DNA from: Torpedo marmorata
Lineage: Eukaryota
DNA length: 64,000 nucleotides
Direction: 5' to 3'
Assembly: GCA_977017645.1 (NCBI GenBank)
Contig: OZ360240.1
Location: forward strand, 28,024,001 to 28,088,000
Shown in pieces: positions 51,760 to 64,000 of this stretch; positions within the stretch are counted from its first letter, which is position 1; every line of letters begins with the position of its first letter. A program made the position numbers and the translations under genes. Below the pieces are notes generated by a model, which was given only the letters and a program-made list of their open reading frames with translations, was not told the DNA's origin and did not search any database.

Positions 51760-51998
51760 GGGAGGTACGGTTGGCGTAGCGGTTAGCGCAACGCCTTTAC
51801 AGTGCTAGCGATCGGGACCGGACCGGGGTTCGAATCCCGTGCTGTCTGTAAGGAGTTTGTACGTTCTCCCCGTGTCTGCGTGGGTTTTCCCCGGGGCCTT
51901 CAGTTTTCTCCCACTGTGTGAAACGTACCGGGGGTGTAGGTTAATTGGGTGTAAATTGGGCGGCATGGACTCGTGGGCCGAAATGGCCTGTTACCATC
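51760..51998 (+). mobile_element. V-SINE (HE1-like)
   Basis: tggcgtagcgg A box, ggttcgaatccc B box, V domain. Confidence 0.9.
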
Positions 51999-52515
51999 TT
52001 AAACATACATTACATATTTTTTTTACAGAGCAACATTATAATTTTTGCTACCATGAAAACGTATCTATCTGTGTTCACCATTCCTTCTATCTCTGTTAAA
52101 TCCAGCTGATAATGCCCTATAAAAATTGAATAACTTTAACAAAATGCAAATGTATCAATAATTACCAAACAAAATCAAAATCTGTAATAATATAAAAAAA
52201 AACAGAATTAAATTCAGAAGATACTGACATGATCAGAATAAATACTGTGAGAAGAGCCAAGGTCTAAAGTTCACAATACTCAATTGGCAACTTGTGTTAT
52301 CATTACCAAAGTACTGTTGATTTATGATAGCCTCTTTTCTCTCTCCCCACTCCTCCCCCCATGGGAATACACTACATGCTTCCATCAATTCAGCACACTT
52401 TGAAATAAATTTATGATCAGTTGAAAAATCTATTCAAAATGTTGCAAACATTTCTAATTTAACATAGAAATTCTTTTAACATATGTTATCTATATGTAAA
52501 TTATAATATTGTCAG

Positions 52516-53790
52516 AAGTAAAACACGAAAATCTGTAGACACCGTGGTTGAAGTAAAAAACACAAATGCTGGAGAAACTCAGCAGGTCAAACAGTGTCTT
52601 TTATGTAGCAAAGGTAGAAATACATAACCGACGTTTCGGGCTTGAGCCATTCATAAAAGTATGAGAAAATGCCGGCAGGCGTCCGAACAAAAGAGTGAGG
52701 GGGGAAAGGGGGATGGCAAAGGCAGGAGATGATAGGTGGAGAAAGGAGGGAGGGGACAGCAGCAAAGAGGGAGAGGAGGGATGGCTGGGTGGGTGTAAAA
52801 AAACAGGAAGGACAGGTGAGGGGGGAGGGGAAGGAAAAGACAAGCAGGTTTAGTGGAAAGCAGAAAAGTCAATGTTAATGCCACCTGGCTGGAGAGTGCC
52901 CAGACAGAAAATGAGATGTTGTTCCTCCAATTTGCGGGTAGTCTGGGTGGGATAGTACATAAGGCCATGGACAGACATGTGAGTATGGGAGTGTGACTCG
53001 GAATTGAAATGGCTGGCTTCTGGGAGGTCGCGGTTGTTGCGGACAGAGAGGAGGTGCTCAGCAAAGCGATCTCCCAATCTACGACCGGTCTCTCCGATGT
53101 AGAGAAAGCCACAAAGGGAGCACCGGATGCAGTAAATAAGTTCTCTGGATGTACAAGTGAAGTGTAGTTTCACTTGAAAGGCCTGTTTGGGGCCCCGGAC
53201 CGTGGTGAGGGGGGAGGTGTGGGCGCAAGTGTTGCACCTCCTGCGGGCACAGGGGAAGGTGCCGGGGGTGCGATGGGTGGGGAGGGATGAGTGCACGAGG
53301 GAATCGCGGAGGGAGCAGTCCCTGCGGAAGGCCGAGAGGGGAGGAGAAGGAAAAATGTATCTGGTGGTGGGATCCTGTAGTAAGTGCCGGAAATTCCGGC
53401 GGATAATGTATTGGATGCGGAGGCTGGTGGGGTGGTAGGTGAGGATGAGGGGGATTCTATGTTTGTTGCATCTGGGGGCAGAGGGGGCCAGGGCAGATGA
53501 GCGGGAAATGGAGGAGATGCGGGTGAGGGCTGAGTTGATGGTGGTGGAGGGGAAGCCACGTTTGTGGAAGAAGGCAGACATTTCAGAAGATCTGGACTGG
53601 AAGACCTCATCTTGGGAACAGATGCGGCAGAGACGGAGAAATTGAGAGAAGGGGATGGAATCCTTGCAGGGGACAGGATGTGAGGAAGTGTAGTCCAGAT
53701 AGTTGTGGGAGTTGGAGGGTTTGTAGTAAATGTCGGTGGAAAGCTTGTCTCCTGAGATGGAGACAGAGAGATCCAGGAACGGGAGAGTGT
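52516..53790 (-). mobile_element. 5'-truncated Penelope-like (Neptune-type) element with uninterrupted ORF remnant: RT thumb, Cys linker, GIY-YIG; 9-bp TSD
   Basis: ~310 aa open frame LPFLDL...YKPSNSHNYLDYTSSHP...FPCARRRCNTC...LIYCIRCSLCGFLYIGETGRRLGDRFAEH...; tattgtcag duplicated at 52507-52515 and 53791-53799. Confidence 0.95.
52623..52663 (-). ncRNA. Hammerhead-like motif (mutated core, GUC site)
   Basis: Minus strand catact-tttatga-a-tggc-tcaa-gccc-gaaac-gtc-ggttatg. Confidence 0.5.
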
Positions 53791-55599
53791 TATTGTCAGT
53801 TTTGGTTACACTCAAGAGACCACAAGTGAGGCACCCCTGCTCTATTTCATCTGATGTGTGACACAAACAACAGCAGTACGTAAGTGAAGGAGGTGAAAAG
53901 CAATGGAAATGGAAGGTGTAGCAACCAAGCCAATGGGAAATCTCACAAAGATAAATCCATATTCTGAAAGGGTTAAGCTGCAGTTGTGTTAAAGCTGTCT
54001 TCTTTAATCAGAGTTGTTAAAAATGTAACAAGTTCTACTTAACCAAAGTCTGTAAATTCCAAATGCAGATGCATGACTCCCACCTTTTCCCCTGAAAGTC
54101 ATTCTCATTGCGATAAATGGACATTAAACATCTGTGCTGATGAACTCAATGCACAAAGTAACAGTTCCACCCCTAAGTACCAGTTGCACTGTAGAACAGT
54201 TGTTAAAAATTATTTCCAAACTTATACTGCAGGCATATTGAAGCCTAGTTTTGGACTTCATTATATTTTTTTCTGTTAGATAGACCTGAACTTAACTTTT
54301 AAAACTACTATCATAGTCTCACTAATCGTTAGGAATATACTATTTCACAAGAATTTTAATATGTAAATAGATGTTAATTAAAAAGGGGACAAACAATTCC
54401 TGTGCTTATTATCTTTGGGAAACCACATTCTTCAATCCCAGCACTTTATGTTTGATATTCAAACCTATTCCCATATCTGAGTTGATCTAAACTTTCAGCA
54501 CCAAACTGCACATTGTTAAAAGATCTAAGTCAGGTGGCTGTTGTGCCTGCAGGAGAGTAATGTGATTTTGGATGGCTTGCTGATTGATGTACTGAATTGA
54601 TCCACCCACCTTTTGCTGCCAATGTAGACTCTTGGCAAAATAGCAGGATTTCATTTCTTTTCTTGAGCGATAGGAAACTATCTCTCTTCACTCCCGAGAA
54701 CCAAAACTTGAGGGATAAAATTTCTTCATTAAGAATGCTTCCATTAACGCAGTTTACTATAACTTCGACCATGGCCAATCCAAAGAAGGTGCATGTGCGT
54801 GCGTTTACATATGTATGTGTACACCTACGTCCCAAATGAAAGAGTTAATGCCCATGTTTGCAGCAGACCATTGTGTAAGTAAGGGTTCAATTGTGGGGGG
54901 AAAGGAAGGGTAGGTGAGGGCAGTAGGTTTAAATGTTTCACATCATCAATAATCCTAAATAATTCAAAACTAACAAAGTGATCACAAATTGAATATTCAA
55001 TGTGAACACTATTACTTCAGATCACGCAAAAAAGTCACGTAGACTTACTGCAGTATCATAATAAAAGTGGTGCATTCTCAAACAGGGATTAACCATTGAT
55101 CTACAGTGACTAAAAAGAGAATAATGACCAACAATTAAAACATTTGTCATTTTAAGGATTTCTCTCCCACGAGAGAGCACTGCAGCTTTAAGAGAGAAGA
55201 GGAATGGCAAGATACACAAGTGTGCAGAGCCCTGCCAGGAGCATGCTCCAGTGCTCACTGGCAGCCACTAACACACCAGAGAACAATGACTTCTATATTC
55301 AAACAGGGAGAGTGCGAGAGGGAACAAGCCCGTATCAAAAAAAAAATCATTTTTAATAGTAACAGCTGTCCCTGGAGCTGTGACCCTCACAATGTCGGAA
55401 CACTGGAGCTCTTTCAAGGAGTGACAAAATAAGCACCGATGCAGCTGTGCAGGGGAACTCATTTACAGTTCAGGCAGATTAATGCACATGTCCTGAATAG
55501 GAGACAAGAATTTTGATTTACGGAAGGCAAAGATTAACTCTTAGAGGTCAAAATAATTCTAACTCAGATGAATAATGACACACGTGTGAAAATATCACT

Positions 55600-55736
55600 N
55601 NNNNNNNNNNNNNNNNNNNNNNNNNNNNNNNNNNNNNNNNNNNNNNNNNNNNNNNNNNNNNNNNNNNNNNNNNNNNNNNNNNNNNNNNNNNNNNNNNNNN
55701 NNNNNNNNNNNNNNNNNNNNNNNNNNNNNNNNNNNN
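55600..55736. other. Assembly gap (137 N)
   Basis: Run of N. Confidence 1.
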
Positions 55737-58700
55737 ATGAGTGCAGAAACAATATTCTCCACATTTCTCCTATTCTGTTTCGTTATATAATCCACCCTGG
55801 GAAGGCCAGAGGTAAAGTTTCCAGCAATTTTTGTTTTTGTCACACTTAAAGTGAGTCTGTATCACAAAATGGCAGAGAAACTGCTTTTGTAGGTCCAATG
55901 CAACATAAAACCTTTAGATTTTGAATGTTGACAAAAATTCAGCATGCTAATCCCACAATTAATGATAGTTCTGAACAACTTTCAAACCTAGTCACAATAA
56001 AATGTATCCTTTCCTTGTAGAGCACCCCTCCCATTCAAAAATGTAGGGAGTGGCCAAAAGCAAACTTGATGATCTATCCATACAATTTACATGCAGCATA
56101 TTAACAAACCAGTATAATATTATCTCATCTAACTGTGGCAGAATTTGAAAAAAGGTCAATGTAAAAAAAATTTGCTCTTCTCACTTCAATGTGAGCAATA
56201 CCTAGTCTAGAAACAGAATACATACATCATGCTGCTTCTTCAATAAATCCAAAGTAATATGGTAATTTTTGAGCCTTATCTTATTTTGCATTTTACTTGT
56301 GCTATTGATATTGATAACAACTAAACCAGCAATCAACACAGCTCTGTTCACTCCTCCATAACAGGTTGTTTCCAACTCGTGTTGAGAGATTTGATTGTAG
56401 AACAAGTTCTGTATGACAACTGGATCAGGTTCTCATCATGACTGTTGCCAACATACTTCATTTTTCCATTTTGTAAATCATACAATCATCATGCTTTACA
56501 AATAGGTCTCCATAACTATATCATCCACAAACTGATGAGTCACGCCACACTGGAAACAAAGCGCAGGCATTTCTTAACTAAAATTATTCTGTGGATAGCA
56601 ACAAACTGGTCCTTCAAAATAGTCACCATTCCTATAAAACGTGGCTAATTACGGGATGCTGCTGTGACCAGTGAAAAAAAAATCTGCTGACACTTCTTTT
56701 CTCAGCACCACCTACATAGCAGTAGTTCCTGGATAGTCCAAGATCCAAGCTGTGAGCTCCATGGCTCTCCTTCCAGGCACTCGATCCCTCTTTCATGACA
56801 TTAACTGAAGAAGAAAATGCCTGTCCTCTCCCACTCTCTCACCATTGTACTGGCTTCAAAGCTTTTCATTTTAATGTATTCTTTTATTGGCCAGGTTGGA
56901 ATCATAAGATGAAAAGAAAGAAGAGAAAATATTAAAAAAGCATATTAACTCGGCCTGTGACAACAGGTAATTGTCGGTTGGCTAAACGTTTTCTAAATTC
57001 CCTTTCTCCTTTCAGTTCAAATGTGATCAAAAGACAAGGCTGATTCAAATCAAGAATTGGTGCTGTGTGGGAAGGTATTAGCTGTGTCCTGATATTTCAC
57101 CACCATCAAGGTGGATTGAAGCAACATCTTCACTGGTAATAATTGAGTTTGAAATATGAGAAACCCCTGCATAAGAAATCACACAGAAACCAAAATAGGG
57201 TGATTTTTTTCCAATAATTCTACTTTTACTCTGTAAACAGCAACTCCTCTGCCATTTCTGACAAGGAATTTGCTGACCTTTTAAGACAAAATAGGGTAGA
57301 TGTTTACCCTTGGTCACATGTGCTGAACATGTGACACAGTAGCAGTGCAACATTCTTCTTTTGGAAACGGGTTTTATTGACCTCAAATTTGAATTTCAGA
57401 AGTGGAGCATATTCTAAGCCATTGTATGATTAATAAACATAACTAAATGAGAATTTATATCCCAAATCACTGGTAAATGGATATTTGCAGCAATCATTCC
57501 CAAAGATGAGTCCTACATAATCAGTAAGAGAATAATGAAATTCCATGACCATCCTCCCACTCCTCCCCACAAATGCAGGATCACACTGAATTCCTTGGCC
57601 TGGAATACTAGTCACTGCTGCATCAATTGGTTTCTCAGAAACTCCTCACACTACACCCTCCATTGGATCTGCTCATGGAATGCTATGCTGTCGTAGTTGG
57701 CATGTTCTAACTCAGTTCTAATGTCCTTGACAGTGTAAATATCTCAGTTCATTTCTGCTAACAACTGTTTCATTGGAACATTTCAGGCTGAATTATCTGC
57801 ATTGATGAGTATTCATTTAAAAATAATCTTTCTAAGAATAGTTTAATATCAATATAGGCATAGGGGAGAGAGGGATTGGGACAATTCATGTAAGAGTGGT
57901 TTGGTGGAAAATGAGACACAGTAATGTTCACTCTGGCCATAAGCCACAGGTTCTGAAACAATCCCAAGACTGATGCCAGGCTTCTTCAGAGTCATATTCA
58001 GAACATCTTGAGAGCTGTTCCTGATAGTGTTACACGTGGAAGGTATTTATGGGTGAAGATTAGGTTGAGGACAAGATTGAAGACAAAGACTTCCAATGGC
58101 TCTACTTTTTAGGGGATAATTTAAGACAATGACACAATCCTGAAGAATCATCCTCCTTGCCTTTGCACATCAGTCAACCATGCATAGCACACCCACTGTT
58201 AACCACCAGCCAGTGGGGTTAGTGCTCACCATCAACATACATTTCAGGGTTTATAACCCTTGCTCAAACATGACAGACAGCCACACGTGTGAAACAGTGG
58301 AGCATTTCAGAAGCTGAACCCTGAGCGCAAGTTCAAACTTCAGAAGAGGAAGAAAGTGCTGGATGAGTGTATATTTTTTACAACAGGAGTGGAAAATAAC
58401 AACTGTCAAGTGTTAAAACGAAAGAATTAACCTCTTTATCTCTAATTTGTGTTATAAGTTAAATGTCTCTGTAATTATTTTATTTTAAAGTCACGCATGA
58501 AGTAAAGGGGTGCGCCCAGACAAAATAAGTCAGAAAAATGATAGTAAACTTCACTTATGTGCCATTTTCTCACACTGATGGCTTTATAAAGAGTAGTTTG
58601 TGACAGACTGAACGCAGGAAAAGTATGAGGCATTCTTCACTCAGACTCCTGCCAGGCAGGCCTGTATCTTTATGTGCAAATGCATCAGAGCTTCAGCATT

Positions 58701-59153
58701 TTTTTGTTCTGGAAATTTTAAAGGCTGGAGGGTTTTGTTAAGAATCTTTGACTCATATATGATTAAGGTTGATAAAATTGCCAGCGTGTATCAAAGCAGA
58801 GGAGAGAAATTCATTTTATTTCTGAGACTGAAGAAGTCCCCACCTTAAAAATGTGCTTCCATCATGAGGTACCAGAAATTTACTCACGAAGGACTGGAGA
58901 TGAATTTCACAGTACAATGGTGGAATTTTATTCAAGTAACAGGTATAACCAAAAATATTAGAGGAAAAATATCCCATTTCCTGGGCATCAAGGAAATATT
59001 TTTTCACAGTGAGCACAATGATTACTTCATTAATCCAGGCAAGTGATTGTAACTCAGGAAAGCACTGGAGCAACCATATGTTGCAAAGTGGTTTCAGATG
59101 CTTTTTTGGAGTCTGCTTTTCATAGGGAATCAGTCCCAAAAAAACTTCCAGTA

Positions 59154-59859
59154 CAGGTGCCTAACCTTTTATCCGAAAACCTTGGGACTGGACACTTTTC
59201 GGAATTAGGATTTTTTCGGATTATAGAATTATTTTAACGGCGGTACTTTTAAATAATTGCGTTGCTTCAGATTCGCCAAAACAGACACACTCCAACTAGA
59301 AGGGTTTCTGGACGGCGGCGCTTGATGGGGGGGGGTGGTTGTGGCGGCGCTGCTTGGGGAGTTCGCGGCGGCGCTGAAAGGGGTGGGTTCGCAGTGGCGC
59401 TGGACCGGGGGGGTTCGCAGCGGCGCTGGACGGGGGGTTCGCGGCGGCGCTGAAAGGGGGGGGGGTTCGTGGTGGCGCTGGATCAGGGGGTTCGCAGCGG
59501 CGCTGGATGGGGGCGTTCGCGGCGGTACTGGACTGGGGGGGGTTCGTGGGGCGCTGGACGGGGTGGTTTCGCGGTGGTGCTGGACCGGGGGGTTCGTGGC
59601 GGTGCTGGACTGGGGGGGGTTCGCTGTGGCGCTCGACGGGGGGGGGGGTTCGTGGTGGTGCTGGACGGGGGGCGGGGGGGGGGGTTGGTAAGTGAAGTGA
59701 GATAAAGATAGACCAAATTACCAGCGTACTTTTTATTTTTAAGTAAAACATACAGTAAAACTTCAAACATTAACTGGCTCAAACTTAAGCGAAACACCTG
59801 AAAATATACTGGAAAAAATGTTTGGTTTTCGGAATTACGGATAAAAGGTTAGGCACCTG
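59154..59859. mobile_element. Tc1/mariner-pogo-type non-autonomous element with perfect 22-bp TIRs
   Basis: ta-caggtgcctaaccttttatccg...cggataaaaggttaggcacctg-ta. Confidence 0.9.
59310..59690. repeat. G-rich minisatellite (~14-15 units of ~25-28 bp) inside the TIR element
   Basis: Unit consensus (g)5-10-ttcgcggcggcgctggac. Confidence 0.9.
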
Positions 59860-60299
59860 TATATATCTTCAGATTATTTAGCAATGTAACTGAGGGAGAA
59901 AATAATAAAACTTTTAATTCTGTCTTGAAAACAAAATTAGTCCTAACTAAAGTTAGATCAGTTGTCGGAATTAAACTTTAACCAGAGAAAATAATTCAAA
60001 TTGTATATCTCAGCAACTAAGGGAAAATTAAACTACAAACCCCATATATTGTGGTGAATTATCATTTGACTACCTCAGCTGCTTGTTGTGTTCTGGAACA
60101 AATTTAGCAGCTTCACTAACATTTGTTAAAGGACTGCACACCCACTAAAACAAATAAAAACATCACAACTGAGAGTCTAATACAAATATGTTTTCTGTAG
60201 TAACACTGTTAATTCATTTATTCCAAAATTCTATTTTTTTTCAGATAGTTTTAAAGTTAGATTTTTTAAATGTAATTTTTTTAAAAAAAATTAAATTTA

Positions 60300-60543
60300 T
60301 TCATACAACACGGTAACAGGCTATTTCGGCCTACGAGCCCGTGCCGCCCAATTTACACCCAATTAACATACACCCCCGGTACGTTTCGAACGGTGGGAGG
60401 AAACCGGAGCCCCCGGGGAAAACCCATGCAGACACGAGGAGAACGTACAAACTCCTTACAGACAACGCGGGATTCGAACCCCGGTCCCGATTGCTGGCGC
60501 TGAAAAGGCGTTGCGCTAACCGCTACGCCAACCGTGCCACCCC
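60300..60543 (-). mobile_element. V-SINE (HE1-like)
   Basis: Reverse complement of the 51760 and 62467 SINEs (gggattcgaacccc, cgctaaccgctacgccaaccgtgccac). Confidence 0.9.
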
Positions 60544-60597
60544 TGTAGTTGTTATACTGCAGGTCTTGATCGTAAACCAGCATCTGATAACATGATA

Positions 60598-60860
60598 ACA
60601 CAAAGCTGGAGAAACTCAGCCAGACAAACAGTGCACTTTATATAGCAAAGGTACATAGTCAACGTTTCGGGCTTGGGCTCTTCATCAAGGTATACCTTGT
60701 CATACCTTGATGAAGGGCTCAAGCCCGATTCCTCCCCCAGCCAGCATTGTCTGTATTCTGAGATTTCCTGCTTTTTTCTCATTCTGCTTATTCCTTGAAG
60801 AAGGGCTCAGGCCCGAAACGTCGGCAATATATCTTTGTCTCCTATGGACTTTCGTGTTTC
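60598..60860. mobile_element. Cluster of three PLE terminal-repeat fragments (minus, plus, plus), each with a hammerhead-like core
   Basis: Minus copy 60654-60693, plus copy 60701-60728 (truncated) and plus copy 60789-60829; no ORF. Confidence 0.85.
60789..60829 (+). ncRNA. Minimal hammerhead-ribozyme-like motif with GUC site
   Basis: UAUUCC-UUGAAGA-A-GGGC-UCAG-GCCC-GAAAC-GUC-GGCAAUA; helix I differs in sequence from the 6.3 kb copy but pairs the same way. Confidence 0.7.
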
Positions 60861-61611
60861 ACTCAATCCAACGTGGGTAGCAAGCTGTTGGAAATGGAGA
60901 AGTGGAGAAAGAGGGAGAATGCTGAGCAATGTGGTAGAGGTTGAGAGGAAACAACAGCAGCAGAGAGAAAGGGGGAGAGAGAGGGGGAAGTTGGAAGAAA
61001 GCAAGAAGTAGCAAAACTAGGGAGAAAGTGGTAAGATGGAAATTGAAGGCTGGAGCAGAGAGATTATGCCGTGAGCACACATTTTCAATATTGAAGATAA
61101 TGAAAGGTACATGAGGATCCTCAGAGAACAATTAAATCCAGCTTTGGGGCTGGAGATATCTTGCACCCAATTTGAAATTCAGAGTGCTGTAGAACAACAG
61201 AAATAAGTGGTTTCCCACAATTCAATATCAGAATGGGACATAAAAGACTCAGTATACCTGCAGTCCTATACTCATTTAGGAAACCTTGCCAGCCCTTTCC
61301 CAATTCTTTCATATTTTGTAAGCATGTGGCTTGCTATCAACTCAGCTGTAATTACTATATATGACGCTGACTGTAATAAGTGATGTAGCTCTACCCATTA
61401 GACTCTGATGAAGACACAGTCAGGGTCATTCCCAGTTTAGTGAGCTATAAGTCACTTGAGTAGGTGGGTATCAGGTGACCTTTGCATTTGCAGTGTGATA
61501 TTTTACTGCACTTTCTTCAATGGGCGGCTTTGGAGTTGGTTTGGAGTTTGGAGCTTTGAATATAAATTTTTTAATTTAATTTTTTTTTTAAATGCAGACA
61601 TTATTTTTTAA

Positions 61612-61860
61612 TTTAGACATACAGCACGGTATCAGGCCCTTTTGGTCCACGAGCCCATGCCACCCAATTACACCCAACTGACCTACAACCCCTGGTACGT
61701 GTTTGAATGGTGGGAGGAAACCGGAGCACCCGGAGGAAACCCACGCAGACACGGGGAGAATGTACAAACTCCTTACAGACAAGCGTGGGATTCGAACCCC
61801 AATCCGAATCGCCTGGCACTTTAACAGCGTTGCGCTAACCGCTACGCTAACCGTGCTGCC
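61612..61860 (-). mobile_element. V-SINE (HE1-like)
   Basis: gtgggaggaaaccggagcacccggaggaaacccacgcagacacggggagaa...gggattcgaacccc. Confidence 0.9.
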
Positions 61861-62466
61861 TAAATTTATTGTGTAATTTATTGAAATATTTGGAGAGTAG
61901 ACAGTAAAAAAAATAATTTGTATGCAATTAGCAAAATGTTATTATTAAACTTGTGCCATATCTAGACTGGCACAAGCTGTTACCAGGTCTCGGCCAGGAA
62001 TCGAGTCGGACTGACTCGCATCTGCTATGAGCATTCACTCACTGCCAGCTCAGAAACTCTATATAATTCAATTTTGCTTGCAGGCACTAAACACGTGTAA
62101 GAGGATCACCTGCCAGTTGTACTCACCCACCCAGCATCTAGTTCCATTGAAGTCGATGAAACCGAATATGTGGAGGTTTGTAAAACCAGCGGCTGATATT
62201 CACGCATATATTTAGAGGCAGGAGCAAAGATGCATTTCTCCTCTGACTAGTGCTTGTGAAGCTCTTGCTTCCTTGCCAGGTTATGTGGGTTGTGTTACCC
62301 CCTCAAACAGTTACATGCCATGCTCTAGAAAAAAACCTAACATAGCACAGTTGATCCCGAGTAATAAACAGTAAAGATACAATTGATTGATTTTGCCTGT
62401 GCAAAATAATAACAATTGCCTGCTGAAAATTATTTTGCTTCACCAAGACAACTGAGAGTTCGAGAG

Positions 62467-62710
62467 TGGGGTGGCATGGTTGGCGTAGCGGCTAACACAT
62501 CACTGTTATAGCGCCAGCGACCGGGACCGGGGTTCGAATCCCGCGCTGTCTGTAAGGAGCTTGTACGTTCTCCCTGTGTCTGTATGGGTTTGCTCCAGTT
62601 TCCTCCCACCGTTCAAAACGTACTGGGGGGGTTGTAGGTCAATTGGGTGTATAGGGCAGCACGGGCTCGTGGGCCGAAAGGGCCCGTTACCATGCTGTAT
62701 GTCTAAATTT
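62467..62710 (+). mobile_element. V-SINE (HE1-like)
   Basis: tggcgtagcgg, ggttcgaatccc, V domain, tail ctgtatgtctaaat. Confidence 0.9.
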
Positions 62711-64000
62711 AAAATTAAGAACAAATTCAGGAAACAGTCAGAGAATACTGCCTCTTTCCTAATTTAGTCTTCAACAAATTAACATTCACGTCCCAGGATC
62801 CTCACTATTCTACTCCCATTTGTTTTACTGGAAGAAACTTCTGGTTGATCCTATCACATTTATTGGTAAGTTTTGGGCGAGAGGGTAGGGAATGGGACCA
62901 CCAATCTTTGACACCCATAATCCCGAAACCAATTTCAAGCCCATTTAAGTCAGGCTGAGCCCTTTAAAGCTTCTTTGTTTAACATATGCCTGGAGTTCAT
63001 TTCAAATGGAATAGTAACTCTGACTCATGCAAGTCTGGGAGTAGTGAGCAACACCTTCTCTCTACACAGTGCCCTTCAGTCAATGGTTTTGGTGAACAAA
63101 GTACCGGTAGCTTGGCATTCCCTTCCGAAAATGCTCTCTGCTTTTCTAGTTTTCTCAGCTGAATTTCCTGCGTCAAGTAAAGTAAATTTTCAGTGGCAAG
63201 TGCTCAACTATTTGTATTTCTTTATCAGTGGAAAAGGAATGAACGCATTTGACTGATTTTGAACAAGCTTTTAACATTGTACATTCCAAAATACTATACA
63301 AGTCAATATGAAGAAACATTTACTCACAGGCACCTTGGAGCAACGGGGGTTGCAAGCACCTGAGATGAACTCTTTCTTCAAAGTTACGCTGAACATCTAC
63401 ACCCCAGGCATTGGGATGACTGTATTGAGCAAAAACCTGCTCCTGCTGCTGCATCCAGTACTCCATTCATCCCAGATACTATCAAAGAAAAGCGCCTGCA
63501 CCCAAAAGAAAACCTCCTCCCCTTGGTCAATGGACCTACCCTTTTACAAAGCCTGCCCTCAATGCAGAGTAAAAAACTTCATTTTCTCAGCAGTAAACAA
63601 CATTAACAAACAGGAAGGAACTTACATTCATATAAAACCCAGATTACAATTGGTGCAAACATCAGTGGGCTCCTGGCCTCAAATGTGGGCAATAGAACTT
63701 GTGGCTCCAACAAATCATTCACTCGTTAATTATACAAAACATAAATAATCAAACAAACTTAATGTTTTCTACTGGGTCTGTACATTTCCTGTATCATTTT
63801 AATCTTGGTTAGTTTTTATTATGAGAGTGTCAGTGGGCAAATAAATGAAGAGGGATAGAGAATGGAAACAAAATAATTCTATGGTTGCCAGCAACTTGCA
63901 TTTGGTGTCGAAGGGAAAACAATCTATTTGATACTTTTGCAAAGAACTTGTCTACAGGAAGGAATGACTCAGGAAACACATTGCAGTTTCTTACCAATCT

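Noticed and set aside
52850-53866. 338-aa ORF as a domesticated GIY-YIG host gene
   Set aside because: The first ~25 codons are chance read-in from flanking DNA beyond the TSD; the rest is a 5'-truncated PLE with near-identical paralogues
59296-59797. Pro/Gly-rich ORFs and a CRISPR-like repeat appearance
   Set aside because: A simple tandem minisatellite with no unique spacers, inside a eukaryotic TIR element

Overview
Eukaryotic (vertebrate) genomic DNA. The repeat content (HE1/V-SINE-like SINEs, CR1-like LINEs, Deu-type SINE relics) points to a cartilaginous fish; this is an inference. The window lies inside one large minus-strand gene, BAHCC1 (BAH domain and coiled-coil containing 1). Eight consecutive coding exons (43547-43672, 34750-36549, 33022-33136, 28461-28669, 21298-21459, 15755-15978, 13726-14098, 10446-11312) splice with canonical AG/GT sites and matching phases into 3876 nt (1292 codons) of uninterrupted frame. 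I found neither the first exons nor the BAH-domain end in the window. The introns are packed with transposon relics: Penelope-like elements (PLEs; RT plus Cys-linker plus GIY-YIG, Neptune-type), CR1-like and Rex1/Babar-like LINE fragments, V-SINEs, pogo/Tigger, hAT and piggyBac MITEs, a Chapaev3-like DNA transposon and an unnamed ~0.8 kb GC-rich non-autonomous retroelement. The most interesting signal is a minimal hammerhead-ribozyme motif with a non-canonical core (UUGAUGA-A-GGGC-UCAA-GCCC-GAAAC-GUU/GUC). It occurs about 11 times, in PLE terminal repeats, solo repeats and a three-copy inverted cluster. All family assignments come from motif recognition, not database searches.
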